Source of the DNA: an uncultured Pirellulales bacterium
GTDB taxonomy: Bacteria; Planctomycetota; Phycisphaerae; Sedimentisphaerales; CAYZTY01
DNA: 64,000 nucleotides
Reading direction: 5' to 3'
Assembly: GCA_964444665.1 (NCBI GenBank)
Contig: CAYUIE010000010.1
Coordinates: forward strand, 13,554 to 77,553
A program made the translations under genes and the position numbers. Within the stretch, counting starts at the first letter, position 1, and each line of letters opens with the position of its first letter. Below the pieces are notes generated by a model. The model was not told the origin of the DNA. It saw only the letters and a program-made list of their open reading frames with translations, and did no database searches. Below, piece after piece: positions 10,018-19,504 of the stretch.

Positions 10018-10500
10018 CTAATCTTCGATAAATAGTATGGAGCAGGGCCAGTTTGCTTCTAATTCCTGTATCCATTTCTTAAGAGCCTTCGCTGCCTCGT
10101 CGTCCTGATTCTTGACTGACAGCCCGGCATTAAGCGCGCCGGAGCGCATATGGCCCAGAAGCTTATTATCACACCTGCCGAACAGACTGCATAAGGTGCA
10201 GTCCCCAACGCCCTTTTCCGTCGCACAGGCCCTTATTTCGCAATTATCCCTGCCACCGCCTTTTAGGCATCCCGGACACAAGGGCACATTCTCTATCGAT
10301 TCGAGCCCCTTATAGAATTCGCCGAAATCAAAATCCTTCGGGCCCCAGTCCTTCAGGTCGTATATGTTTATAAGCTCTTTGTATTTCTTCGTCAACTGAC
10401 GCAAAGTACCATTGCCTACCACGCAACTACCACACCAGATACCACAAAAGCCGATTTGGTCTTTGACGTTCTCGAAGGCATCAGTGTTATTGTCTTTCAT
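10018..10500 (-). CDS. DUF3795-like Cys-rich protein (160 aa)
   Basis: IGFCGIWCGSCVVGNG ... CPGCLKGGGRDNCEIRACATEKGVGDCTLCSLFGRC is the DUF3795-type Cys pattern. Confidence 0.6.
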   Translation of the reverse strand: MKDNNTDAFENVKDQIGFCGIWCGSCVVGNGTLRQLTKKYKELINIYDLKDWGPKDFDFGEFYKGLESIENVPLCPGCLKGGGRDNCEIRACATEKGVGDCTLCSLFGRCDNKLLGHMRSGALNAGLSVKNQDDEAAKALKKWIQELEANWPCSILFIED

Positions 10501-10520
10501 TTGTCATTCCTTTTAATAAG

Positions 10521-10555
10521 GCAAAAGCGAAAAAGTGGGTTAAATCCCACCCTAC
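10521..10555 (-). terminator. GTAGGGTGGG-loop-CCCAC hairpin plus T-run (terminator-like repeat copy A)
   Basis: The minus strand reads GTAGG GTGGG ATTTAA CCCAC TTTTTCGCTTTTGCC. It is related to the copy at 41684-41720. It sits only about 20 nt upstream of the DUF3795 start codon, so its role is uncertain. Confidence 0.25.
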
Positions 10556-10728
10556 TTTTATAAGAAGGCGGGAGTCTGCCCCTACCCTACAATATAATTG
10601 CATTGACAGAGAGATTCTTCGCTCCATTTCATTTCGCACTCCTATGGAGTCCGCCGTTAGGCGTCCTCCACAGGATGCCTTACGGCACATAGCGGACTTA
10701 CGGACAGAATGACAGCAACTCACGTTTT

Positions 10729-11235
10729 CTACGGAGCATACTCAATGACGAAATCATCTATTAGTTGTTCGCCTAAAGGCGTTATACAGGTTATATGCAG
10801 TACGTAGCTTTGGTCCTTCTCGATTTCCTCTCCGACGTCCAACGTGAATTGGTAGCACCTAAGATAATCACGCCAATACTCGTTATTACGTCCCGGCTCG
10901 GCAAGGTCGATGTCCGGCCAGATAATGGCTCTTTTACCCTTTTCCTCACCCGACCGCGGCAAGTATTCGTATGCCTCGAAGCGAAATACGGCGGGCGTCT
11001 TCATCCGCGAATCAAATCCGTCCAGCACATCAATATAGACCTTTAGCTTCAGTACATCTTCGTATTGGACGGTGACGAGCTCGGTTAACGGCGCAACCTT
11101 TATCTTTGTCGGCTCATAACACAGAATCCGCTCAGCCGTTTCTTCCGGCTCTCGAACGGTTGTAACCGAATCACAGCCGACTACGGCCAAAGTGATAATC
11201 AAAAATCCCCCGACAGTTATTGTGCTTTTCTTCAC
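10729..11235 (-). CDS. Hypothetical lipoprotein (168 aa)
   Basis: Signal peptide with lipobox LAVVGCDS. No recognisable domain. The start overlaps the ribBA stop by 4 nt. Confidence 0.5.
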   Translation of the reverse strand: MKKSTITVGGFLIITLAVVGCDSVTTVREPEETAERILCYEPTKIKVAPLTELVTVQYEDVLKLKVYIDVLDGFDSRMKTPAVFRFEAYEYLPRSGEEKGKRAIIWPDIDLAEPGRNNEYWRDYLRCYQFTLDVGEEIEKDQSYVLHITCITPLGEQLIDDFVIEYAP

Positions 11236-12467
11236 AGGTCTTCGTCCAGCATATGACCAAGCCGGTGTTTCTTGGCCCGCAGATAGTCGATATTATGCTC
11301 GCCCGGCTGTGCCCGCAGCGGTATCTGCTCGGTGATTTTTATTCCGTAAACCTCCAGCCGGGAGATTTTTTTGGGATTATTCGTGAGAATCCTGATTTTT
11401 TTCAATCCCAGGTCCCGGCATATCTGGGCGCCTATTCCGTAATCGCGTCTGTCCGGCCTGAAGCCGAGTTTCACGTTGGCTTCGACGGTATCAAAGCCCT
11501 GTTCCTGCAGCTTGTAGGCGTGTAGTTTGTTTATTAGGCCGATGCCGCGGCCTTCCTGCCGCAGGTAAATCAGGGCGCCCTTGCCCTCCTTTTCAATCAG
11601 CTCCATTGCCGTTATAAGCTGATAGCCGCACTCACATCGCTGCGAATGAAACAAATCACCCGTCATACATTCCGAATGCACTCGCACGAGCACCGGCTCC
11701 GGGTGTTCAATCACATTGCCCTTTTCATCGAGCTCGCCGATGCCGCCTTTGCACAAGGCGAGGTGCGGCTCATCCGACGAGATGCTTTCATAACCTATTA
11801 GCGTGAATTGTCCGTAATCGGTGGGCAGTTTAACACATTGAATCCGTTTAATCTGGCTTTCACGCTGCAGGCGATATTCGATGAGCTTTGCGATTGATGT
11901 CATTTTCAGGTTATGCTTTTTGCAGAACTCCTGCAGTTGCGGCAGTCTTGCCATTGTGCCATCTTCATTCATAATTTCGCATATAATGCCGGCCGGTTTC
12001 AGGCCGGCCAGCCTGGTCAAATCCACCGCACCTTCGGTCTGTCCGGCTCGCACAAGCACTCCGCCTTCTCTTGCCCGCAGCGGGAAGATATGGCCCGGCC
12101 TGACAAGGTCGCCGGGCTTTGCCCCGTCGCGGACAGCTGTTCCTGTGGTATGTGCCCTGTCGGCTGCACTTATACCCGTGGTTATACCATCCCTGGCGTC
12201 GATGCTGACGGTAAAGGCAGTACCAAGCTTGGAGGTATTGTCCGTTGTCTGCGGGTGCAGGCCCAGAGAATCGCATTTTTCCGCCGTCATCGGCATACAA
12301 ATCAGGCCGCGACCGAATTTGGCCATAAAATTGATAATCTGGTCGGTTACCTTCTCGGCCGCGCAAACGAGGTCACCCTCATTTTCGCGGTCTTCATCGT
12401 CGACCAGCACTATCATTCTGCCCTGACGCAGCTCTTCCAGAATTTCCGAAATTTCGCCGAATTGCAT
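11232..12467 (-). CDS. ribBA: Bifunctional 3,4-dihydroxy-2-butanone-4-phosphate synthase / GTP cyclohydrolase II
   Basis: RibB motifs ([26 protein letters not shown]) followed by RibA motifs ([29 protein letters not shown]). Confidence 0.95.
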   Translation of the reverse strand: MQFGEISEILEELRQGRMIVLVDDEDRENEGDLVCAAEKVTDQIINFMAKFGRGLICMPMTAEKCDSLGLHPQTTDNTSKLGTAFTVSIDARDGITTGISAADRAHTTGTAVRDGAKPGDLVRPGHIFPLRAREGGVLVRAGQTEGAVDLTRLAGLKPAGIICEIMNEDGTMARLPQLQEFCKKHNLKMTSIAKLIEYRLQRESQIKRIQCVKLPTDYGQFTLIGYESISSDEPHLALCKGGIGELDEKGNVIEHPEPVLVRVHSECMTGDLFHSQRCECGYQLITAMELIEKEGKGALIYLRQEGRGIGLINKLHAYKLQEQGFDTVEANVKLGFRPDRRDYGIGAQICRDLGLKKIRILTNNPKKISRLEVYGIKITEQIPLRAQPGEHNIDYLRAKKHRLGHMLDEDL

Positions 12468-12515
12468 CGTGATGTTCTTACTTCGTAAATTTTATTTCGC
12501 CCGGCCGGGTACGTT

Positions 12516-13133
12516 TTACGCCTCTGGTTTTACGTTATTCTGCTCAAACTGTTCAATATACCGGCTTCCGGTGCGAATGTAAATAAGTGTGGCTAAAATA
12601 GCTGTACCGGCGGCAGACCACCACAGAAAACGCATAACCCATATCCAGGGGCTAATGAATGTAGAGAGCTCCGGCCCGATGAGAATTCCCGCCACCATCG
12701 AGAGCTGCAGGGAAGTGGCAACCTTACCCACGAGGACCGGTACAATACGTGCTTGAGACGTGATGAAGTAAACGATTATAAAACCAATCAGTAAAAGCAG
12801 GTCTTTACCGATTATCAAAACCACTACGGTCGACGGCAGGCGAAAGCCCTCGACGCCGGAACGTTGCGAGGCGAGCAGCAGGCACGCACAGCTCATCAGC
12901 AGCTTGTCCGCAACCGGGTCAAGAAACGAGCCGAGACTCGTTATCTGTCGCTTCACTCGAGCCAGGTATCCATCAAGGCCGTCACTAATGGCCATAAACA
13001 TAAATATCGCAAAGGCGATGTAACGCATCAGCTCACCCCTGTCCGGCTCATTTATCTTCAACATACAACTGACAAACGGCACAATAAGCAGTATTCGGAT
13101 AATTGTCAGCCGATTCGCCCAATTTAGTTTCAT
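12516..13133 (-). CDS. CDP-alcohol phosphatidyltransferase family protein (PgsA-like)
   Basis: NRLTIIRILLIVPF...DGLDGYLARV...GSFLDPVADKLL contains the D-G-x2-A-R...G-x3-D-x3-D motif. The start is chosen at the Met at 13133, downstream of the SDR stop; the ORF is open to 13232. Confidence 0.8.
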   Translation of the reverse strand: MKLNWANRLTIIRILLIVPFVSCMLKINEPDRGELMRYIAFAIFMFMAISDGLDGYLARVKRQITSLGSFLDPVADKLLMSCACLLLASQRSGVEGFRLPSTVVVLIIGKDLLLLIGFIIVYFITSQARIVPVLVGKVATSLQLSMVAGILIGPELSTFISPWIWVMRFLWWSAAGTAILATLIYIRTGSRYIEQFEQNNVKPEA

Positions 13134-13173
13134 ATCGTCTTCCTTGATTACGTCGGCCGTGAACCGCGCGGCG

Positions 13174-13932
13174 CTAAATACTTCGTCCGCCATCGACACA
13201 TAGAACCTGGCCGGTGATGTAGTCACTTTCAAGCAGGAAAATTATAGCAGGGGTGATTTCATTTGTACCGGCAATTCTTCCTGCGGGGATAAACGACAAC
13301 TGGCGGTCTCTTTCGGCTTGTGAATAGTCTTCCGGCCAGGTTGCCGCACCCGGCGCAACCGCGTTTACACAAATTGCCGGCGCCAGCTCCTTAGCAAGTG
13401 CCTTTGTTGCGCCGATGAGGCCTGCTTTGGACGAGCAGTAAACGGAATACTCGCTCCAGGGCCGAACCGCGCCAACGTCAACCATATTTATTATTTGGGC
13501 CACCGGCGACTGTTCACTGGATACTTTCCTTCCGAGAAGCTTTACGAAATTTCGGCTGATAAGAATTGGTGCCGTCAAATTCAGGGCAAAGATACTCTGT
13601 GCATCTTTAGAGTTTATTTCCGCCAACTGTTGACGGGCAAAAACGCCGGCCGAGTTTATCAGGATTCGCGGGACGGAAAGGCCGCTATCAACTTCGGTTT
13701 TAATCTTCTCGAACAATGCGTCTATTTGCTTTTCGCTGGTAAGGTCTGCCCGTAATGCAACCGCCCTTCGACCGAGAGATTTAATTTGCCCGACCAGCTC
13801 GGCCGCGAGTTTTTCATTTTGGAAATAATGACAGATACAGTTGCAGCCTGCCCCGGCAAGGGCAAGCGATATCTCGCTTCCCAATCGCCCGGTCGAGCCG
13901 GTGATGACAGCGGTTGTATCTTGTAGTTCCAT
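13174..13932 (-). CDS. SDR family NAD(P)-dependent oxidoreductase
   Basis: TGSTGRLG Rossmann motif, NSAG, and the catalytic YCSSK (Y-x3-K). Confidence 0.85.
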   Translation of the reverse strand: MELQDTTAVITGSTGRLGSEISLALAGAGCNCICHYFQNEKLAAELVGQIKSLGRRAVALRADLTSEKQIDALFEKIKTEVDSGLSVPRILINSAGVFARQQLAEINSKDAQSIFALNLTAPILISRNFVKLLGRKVSSEQSPVAQIINMVDVGAVRPWSEYSVYCSSKAGLIGATKALAKELAPAICVNAVAPGAATWPEDYSQAERDRQLSFIPAGRIAGTNEITPAIIFLLESDYITGQVLCVDGGRSI

Positions 13933-14082
13933 TTGGCCGATATACTAAATCACCTAATTAAATTTAGCAACAGGATATTGCTTGATGTAAGCCGGGGTAT
14001 CTATACAATTGAGAACAGGCTTTGTACATTAAACTGTGCGAGGAATAACCGCATATTCCGGGAAATATAAAAGAAGCTGAGC

Positions 14083-15039
14083 ATGTCAAGAAAGCTTGCG
14101 TTAGCATATCATAACCTTTCGGTTACGCTCGATGCCGGTATGCCGATATTAACATCTCTTAATACAATTGTGGAGGGGCAGCGAGGACGTCTTAAAAGAG
14201 TTTTTGCTGATTTAGCCAATTTCATTTCGAAGGGTAATAGTCTGACAGAGGCGATGGCCAGACACTCCAATTTTTTTGCTCGTATTGATTTGATGCTCAT
14301 CGGAGCAGCAGAAGAATCCGGCAACCTGACCGATGCTTTCAGGATGTTATCCGGCTGGTATGAGTTCTGTGACCGGCTGAAGAAAAAAATGCTGTCGGGA
14401 TTAATGCTGCCTTTTATGCTTATCGGTCTTGCAGCTGTTGTCGGCCCCCTGCCTTTCTTTTTTCAGGGTAAAATCGGATTGGACCGTTATATCGGTGAGA
14501 TAGTAGGTACTTTAGCCTTATTTTACCTGCCTTTCGTGTTAATTCTCGTTGTTCACTATTTGATGAGGAGGGTGGTAGTTTTTCGGTGGTTTTTTGATGC
14601 TTTAATACTGCGAATCCCGCTTTTTGGTCAGGCGGTTCGGCAGCTTGCGATAAGCCGATACTGCCGGGCGTTTAATATGCTTTACAAAGCCGGTGTTCCA
14701 ATTACGCAATGTGCGCAAAAAGCGGCCGGCGTTACAGGTAACGCCGCTGTAGGTAATTATTTCAAGGGCGGAGCAAAAAGTGCGCTTGCCGGAAATATGG
14801 TTGGCGAGGGGTTTAGCCGCAGGCTGCCGACAGAATTTCTGCACCTTTGGCAAATCGGGGAGGAGATGGGTGAGCTGGGCAACACCGTGCAAAAATTAGC
14901 GGATGTTTCAAGCGAGTCCGCTGAGTTTCTATTTAACGAGCTGAGCCAGTGGCTGCCGCGTTTTGTTTACTGGCTGGTCTGCATTATAATAATTTATCAA
15001 ATCTTTAAGATAGCGACTTTCATCTCGAGGATGTATTAA
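14083..15039 (+). CDS. Type II secretion system F (GspF/PilC) family inner-membrane protein, orphan
   Basis: Two T2SSF-like repeats (...ISKGNSLTEAMARHSNFF...IGAAEESGNL... and ...MLYKAGVPITQCAQ...LWQIGEEMGELG) separated by TM helices. Confidence 0.7.
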   Translation: MSRKLALAYHNLSVTLDAGMPILTSLNTIVEGQRGRLKRVFADLANFISKGNSLTEAMARHSNFFARIDLMLIGAAEESGNLTDAFRMLSGWYEFCDRLKKKMLSGLMLPFMLIGLAAVVGPLPFFFQGKIGLDRYIGEIVGTLALFYLPFVLILVVHYLMRRVVVFRWFFDALILRIPLFGQAVRQLAISRYCRAFNMLYKAGVPITQCAQKAAGVTGNAAVGNYFKGGAKSALAGNMVGEGFSRRLPTEFLHLWQIGEEMGELGNTVQKLADVSSESAEFLFNELSQWLPRFVYWLVCIIIIYQIFKIATFISRMY

Positions 15040-15076
15040 CCTTCGGCCTACAATAATCGGTCGCTACTTAATTTAC

Positions 15077-15104
15077 TTGTGTTAGTCTTTTGCAGGTGTA
15101 TAAT
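15077..15104 (+). promoter_or_regulatory. Candidate sigma-70-type promoter for pdxJ
   Basis: TTGTGT (15077-15082), a 16-nt spacer, then TATAAT (15099-15104), about 25 nt upstream of the ATG at 15130. Confidence 0.3.
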
Positions 15105-15129
15105 TGCGGAAGTTTATTTAGGGTTAAAA

Positions 15130-15861
15130 ATGACCACACTTAGCGTAAATCTCAATAAGGTAGCACTGCTTAGAAACGCGCGTAACATAGGCATTCCCAG
15201 TGTTATCGAGGCGGCAAAGACCGTTATGCAGGCCGGTGCCCACGGCGTTACCGTTCATCCCAGGCCGGATGAACGCCACATAAAGTATCCCGATGTTTAT
15301 GAATTGGCTGAAATGGTAACCGTTGAGTTCAATATAGAAGGCAACCCGTTTCTCGGCAGATATATGGAGATTGTCAGCGAAATCAAGCCGGCCCAGGCGA
15401 CGCTGGTGCCAGACTCTCCCGATGCAAACACGTCCGACCACGGCTGGGACCTGCACAGCAAAGAAAACACTGAGCGGCTCGTCCCCATCATAAAGCAACT
15501 TAAGGACCTTGGTATTCGCGTCAGTATATTTATGGACCCGGATATACCCGGCATCGAAATCGCAAAGCAGATTGGCACCGACCGCATCGAGCTATATACC
15601 GAGCCATACGCACGAGCCTTCGAGACCGGCAGCTACCAGCAGAGCCTTCAGCAATATGCTGAAGCGGCCAAGGCGGCCTGCGATATCGGCCTGGGGATTA
15701 ATGCCGGTCACGACCTGAACCTGAATAACCTTAAAATATTCTGCCAGACTGTACCGGGAGTGCTTGAGGTTTCAATCGGACACGCACTTATCAGCGACGC
15801 TCTCGATATGGGCCTGTCCACCGCCGTTAAGCAATATCTGAAAATTCTCTCCGGCGACTGA
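15130..15861 (+). CDS. pdxJ: Pyridoxine 5'-phosphate synthase
   Basis: LSVNLNKVALLRNARN...HGVTVHPRPDERH...NIEGNP...ELYTEPYA...NAGHDLN are PdxJ signatures. The start is placed at the Met at 15130; the ORF is open from 15079. Confidence 0.9.
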   Translation: MTTLSVNLNKVALLRNARNIGIPSVIEAAKTVMQAGAHGVTVHPRPDERHIKYPDVYELAEMVTVEFNIEGNPFLGRYMEIVSEIKPAQATLVPDSPDANTSDHGWDLHSKENTERLVPIIKQLKDLGIRVSIFMDPDIPGIEIAKQIGTDRIELYTEPYARAFETGSYQQSLQQYAEAAKAACDIGLGINAGHDLNLNNLKIFCQTVPGVLEVSIGHALISDALDMGLSTAVKQYLKILSGD

Positions 15862-15986
15862 TGCCGGCAGGGCAGACCCATCGTTGCAACAGGCCCGCAA
15901 TCGTTATATACTAATAACGAAATTTTAAAATAAGCACGGCAAGGCAGAGAGTCCTTCATTCTCTTTTTGAGTTTCAGGAGGTAGAA

Positions 15987-16859
15987 ATGTTTACAGGAGC
16001 GATGGTGGCGCTTATAACGCCATTTCAGGACGGCGAGGTTGACTTTCAGACAATCGATGAGCTGGTCGATTTTCACCTCGAAAACGGAACCGACGCGATA
16101 GTGCCCGTCGGCACAACAGGCGAGTGCCCAACCCTCAGTCATGAGGAGCATAAGCAGATAATAGAAAGGGTTGTCAAGGCCGTGGCCGGCCAGGTGCCGG
16201 TAATCGCAGGTGCAGGCTCAAACAGCACTGCTGAGGCTATTGAGCTGACTACGTTTGCCAAAAAGGTCGGGGCCGATGCGACCCTGCAGGTCGGGCCGTA
16301 CTATAACAAACCCACGCAGCAGGGTTTTTACGAGCATTTCAAGGCCATTGCCGAGGAAGTTGATTTGCCCATCGTGCTTTACAACATACCCGGGCGGTGC
16401 GGCGCCGGTATGACGGCCGATACGATTGTGCGGCTCTCGGAAGTTGAAAACATCGTTGCCGTCAAAGAGGCCAGCGGCAGCATGGACCAGGCCAGCGAGA
16501 TAGCCGCACGTTGTGAACTGACGCTTCTGTCCGGCGATGATTCCCTTACACTGCCTATTGCCTCGGTCGGCGGCCAGGGTGTCGTCAGCGTGGTGGCGAA
16601 TATCGTACCCGCGGATGTCAAAGCTATGACCGACCTGATTCTCGAAGGAGACCTGGTCTCCGCAAGACAGTGGCACAGGAAGCTCTTTCCGCTCAGCAAG
16701 AGCCTGCCTACACTGGCCACTAATCCAATTCCCATAAAGGCGGCTATGTCAATCCTGGGTATGGCCTCAGACGAGCTGCGTTTACCGCTAACACCGCTGG
16801 AAGAAGGAAAGAAACCGGTTCTGCAGAAAATACTGTCTGACTATGGTCTTTTAGATTGA
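15987..16859 (+). CDS. dapA: 4-hydroxy-tetrahydrodipicolinate synthase
   Basis: MFTGAMVALITPF, VPVGTTGE, GPYYNKP, LYNIPGR and VAVKEASG (catalytic Lys context). Confidence 0.95.
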   Translation: MFTGAMVALITPFQDGEVDFQTIDELVDFHLENGTDAIVPVGTTGECPTLSHEEHKQIIERVVKAVAGQVPVIAGAGSNSTAEAIELTTFAKKVGADATLQVGPYYNKPTQQGFYEHFKAIAEEVDLPIVLYNIPGRCGAGMTADTIVRLSEVENIVAVKEASGSMDQASEIAARCELTLLSGDDSLTLPIASVGGQGVVSVVANIVPADVKAMTDLILEGDLVSARQWHRKLFPLSKSLPTLATNPIPIKAAMSILGMASDELRLPLTPLEEGKKPVLQKILSDYGLLD

Positions 16860-18007
16860 GCCTTGCTCTTCGGAGCAGCGGTATTAGATGCCTGAGTCTT
16901 GTACCACCGCAGAGAGTTACGGTAAGTTTCCAGAATGGACGATACCATCGTGCTTACCGTATAGTCTTTCTTAAGGTAAGATTGTGCTCCCGAAGCAATC
17001 TGGCGTGAAAATTCGCGTTTTTCCAGAAGCCGTTTTATACAGGCATAAATACTCAACTCATCGGCCGGCTCAAAAAGGGCCGCTGTCTGATTATCTATAA
17101 GTAAATCATCTACGCCGCCTGCGCAGCCTGCCACCACCATCCCAACGCTCATCGCCTCCAACAGAGAAAAGCTAAAGATTTTGGTCGGCTGGGGCTGAAC
17201 AAAAACATCCGCACTCGCAAATATCGACCGCAACGGCTGAATATCCGGAAGGATGTATACTACCTGGGAAAGCCCCAATGTCCTTCGTAACTCCCGCACA
17301 TTTCGCTCGGCCGGCCCCGTGCCAATGAGCAGCATTATAAACTCATGCCCTTCAATCGCCAGGTGCTTTATCGCGGTGAAAAGCAACTCGAAATCCGAAG
17401 CATCATTCAGCCGACAGGCAACCACCATACTCGTTACTCGTGAAGGAACCGAAAAACAGGCACATTGACCATCCACAAAAGTGCCCATATTTATCTGCCT
17501 TATGCGCTGGCCAAATTTAGAGTACACGCTTACCAGATGCGATGCGAGTGTCTCTGTCGGCGTTATTATCGCGGCACATCGACTCGCCGAAATAGAACAC
17601 TTTTGCAACCGGCTCTGCAGCGAGTTAATAGTCTGTACATAAGGCAGGTCCAATTGCTCGGCTAATTTCGTGGTTAGATTCGTCGTGCCCCTGCCGAGAC
17701 AATGCAGGATGTTCGGCTTGAACTTTCCCAGTTTCTCAATAAGCTTTCTATCACTCTGCCGCCACAGGATTGGTGTACGATAAGCCGGGTGTCTGATAAC
17801 CTCTATCGAAGGGGCAAGTAATGAATTGACATCGCAATCCGGCGGACATACCAGAGCTGCTTTACCTGATTCATCAGCCAGGCCCACAAAAAAATGCCGC
17901 AGAAACACCGAGAGGTCACCCAGTGCCTCCTGATCAACTATCAGTACAGGCCTTACCGACTCATCTGTCGTCGAGGACGAGACCGGCGCTTTTTGTTGCT
18001 CTGCCAT
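16841..18007 (-). CDS. Glycosyltransferase family 4 (GT-B fold)
   Basis: C-terminal GT4 pattern: VFVQPQPTKIFSFSLLEAMSVGMVVAG...GGVDDLLIDNQTAALFEP (E-x7-E-like region). Its 3' end overlaps dapA by 19 nt, convergently. Confidence 0.75.
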   Translation of the reverse strand: MAEQQKAPVSSSTTDESVRPVLIVDQEALGDLSVFLRHFFVGLADESGKAALVCPPDCDVNSLLAPSIEVIRHPAYRTPILWRQSDRKLIEKLGKFKPNILHCLGRGTTNLTTKLAEQLDLPYVQTINSLQSRLQKCSISASRCAAIITPTETLASHLVSVYSKFGQRIRQINMGTFVDGQCACFSVPSRVTSMVVACRLNDASDFELLFTAIKHLAIEGHEFIMLLIGTGPAERNVRELRRTLGLSQVVYILPDIQPLRSIFASADVFVQPQPTKIFSFSLLEAMSVGMVVAGCAGGVDDLLIDNQTAALFEPADELSIYACIKRLLEKREFSRQIASGAQSYLKKDYTVSTMVSSILETYRNSLRWYKTQASNTAAPKSKAQSKRP

Positions 18008-18239
18008 AAGCTACCTCGCGGTCATTTGTGACCTATTAAGTCATAACTTATATACTACCAAACCTCGACCTGTGTCGCTATTAGAAACTTGGAATCGGTT
18101 TAGCTCCTTTTCCCCGGCCTTAAAGACTCAAAAACCACACACTTATACTAATTCAGACGTTTGAGGAGATTGATGAGAAATGACATCGATTGTGCTCTTT
18201 TTTAATTTTTCCTCTGCGTACCCGATAATCACCAAGCCG

Positions 18240-19268
18240 TTAAAAACTCGCACCAATTCCCCAAATATACTTAACATCAGTGTTGCCTGAGCCTGAAGCA
18301 GGTGATTTATCATAGTCAAAAAGAACCTTGAAGCTTGTAAAAGTTTTTTCCGTAAGCTCGGCCTGAACCTCGGCGCTCGTGGTAAGAAAATAATCAGAAA
18401 ACTTCTCAAGGCTCGGATAGTACGTCAGGCTATGGATAAATTTTATATTTTCTCTCAGCAGCGTATCAAAATCATAACCAAACTGGGCGGATAGCTCACT
18501 GTTGCTGCTGCTCTGATTATCGAATTTTTCATACAGCGAGGCAAGACCCGCCCGGGTCGAGAAGTTCATCGCTTCCGATTCGACCCATTGATAGCCGGCA
18601 CCGCCGCCGAATATAACTCTGCGGTCGAGTTCGGCAATGCTGTCCTTTTCGTAGCTTCCATCCACAAAGCCAAACAGCTTATCGGTTAAGAAGTAATCAT
18701 AGTTGCCTTTTACTTTCCACCAATCTTCAGTTGCTTCCTTCTTGCCGGTGGTTTCGTCTTCCTGCCTGCTTTTTGCATAGTCGCCGCTGATTTTCGTACG
18801 GTCTTTTTCGGTGCGTTTTTTCAAATTTACGCTGGCCGTGACGTTGTCCGTATTTGTGTTGCCATGTGCCGAGCTATAACCTGCCGAAATATTACCTTTC
18901 CACCTGGGCAGAGGTTTTGCAGGAGGATTTATGGTGTCTATGGCCGAGAGCTCAATTTTTTGAGCCTGGAGAGTTCGGCTTTTTTCGATTGCAAAATAGT
19001 CGGCCTCCGAGCGTATTATCCGCTGGTGAAGAACTGTTCCATCTTTGAGATGTACTTTGAGAGACGCGACACTACTGAACGTGCGGATGTTCGAGAGAGG
19101 TATCGTGATAGTGCCGGCAAGCTGCGATTGCAGGATGAGCTTGCCATCGAGGAGCTTATCGATTTTGCCGGTAAGGCGGTCACCGTTATTCAAGTAAATT
19201 TCATCGGCATAAACCGATGAAAAAAACGCTGCAATACAAAACATGCTGATATAAAAGTAAGAACGCAT
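18240..19268 (-). CDS. DUF481 (YdiY-like) outer-membrane beta-barrel protein
   Basis: Signal peptide MRSYFYISMFCIAAFFSSVYA. DUF481-like repeats (GNISAGYSSAHGNTNTDNVTASVNL, WKVKGNYDYFLTDKLFGFVDGSYEKD) and a terminal aromatic residue (ASF). An AGGAG RBS precedes the ATG at 19268. Confidence 0.7.
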   Translation of the reverse strand: MRSYFYISMFCIAAFFSSVYADEIYLNNGDRLTGKIDKLLDGKLILQSQLAGTITIPLSNIRTFSSVASLKVHLKDGTVLHQRIIRSEADYFAIEKSRTLQAQKIELSAIDTINPPAKPLPRWKGNISAGYSSAHGNTNTDNVTASVNLKKRTEKDRTKISGDYAKSRQEDETTGKKEATEDWWKVKGNYDYFLTDKLFGFVDGSYEKDSIAELDRRVIFGGGAGYQWVESEAMNFSTRAGLASLYEKFDNQSSSNSELSAQFGYDFDTLLRENIKFIHSLTYYPSLEKFSDYFLTTSAEVQAELTEKTFTSFKVLFDYDKSPASGSGNTDVKYIWGIGASF

Positions 19269-19430
19269 GATAATCTCCTTTAGTTTTAAGTAAATATCAC
19301 TCCTGATATTAACTATATAACTTAACTTTGATTTCATTATAAATATGAAGCTTATGAGATTCTATATCCTGCTATGCTACTGTCAACGATGAAAAAAAGA
19401 CAATATAACCGGCTTTCCGGCTTAGTATGA

Positions 19431-19467
19431 AACACAAAAAGGGCTGCGGGTATAAAACCCACAGCTC
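19431..19467 (-). terminator. Rho-independent terminator downstream of the FGE-NHL gene
   Basis: The minus strand reads GCTGTGGGT-TTTAT-ACCCGCAGC (9-bp stem, one mismatch) followed by CCTTTTTGTGTT. Confidence 0.5.
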
Positions 19468-19504
19468 TTGAAGTTAGGCGTTAATAAGGTTCAGTTAGGT
19501 TCTG

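Noticed and set aside
10487-10723. 78-aa ORF (…CRVGADSRLLIKVGWDLTH…) in the 10.5-kb intergenic region
   Set aside because: It is read straight through the hairpins and GTAGGGT repeats. There is no RBS, and the peptide reflects the repeat sequence rather than a protein.
11881-12488. 181-191-aa plus-strand ORFs and a 133-aa minus-strand ORF within ribBA
   Set aside because: They overlap a high-confidence ribBA frame and show no domain signal.
12468-12515. FMN (RFN) riboswitch upstream of ribBA
   Set aside because: Only 48 nt separate ribBA from the upstream gene, which is too short for the roughly 130-nt or longer aptamer. No RFN core sequence is present.
15862-15986. Lysine riboswitch upstream of dapA
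   Set aside because: The gap is about 125 nt, shorter than an L-box. No conserved L-box helices were recognised.
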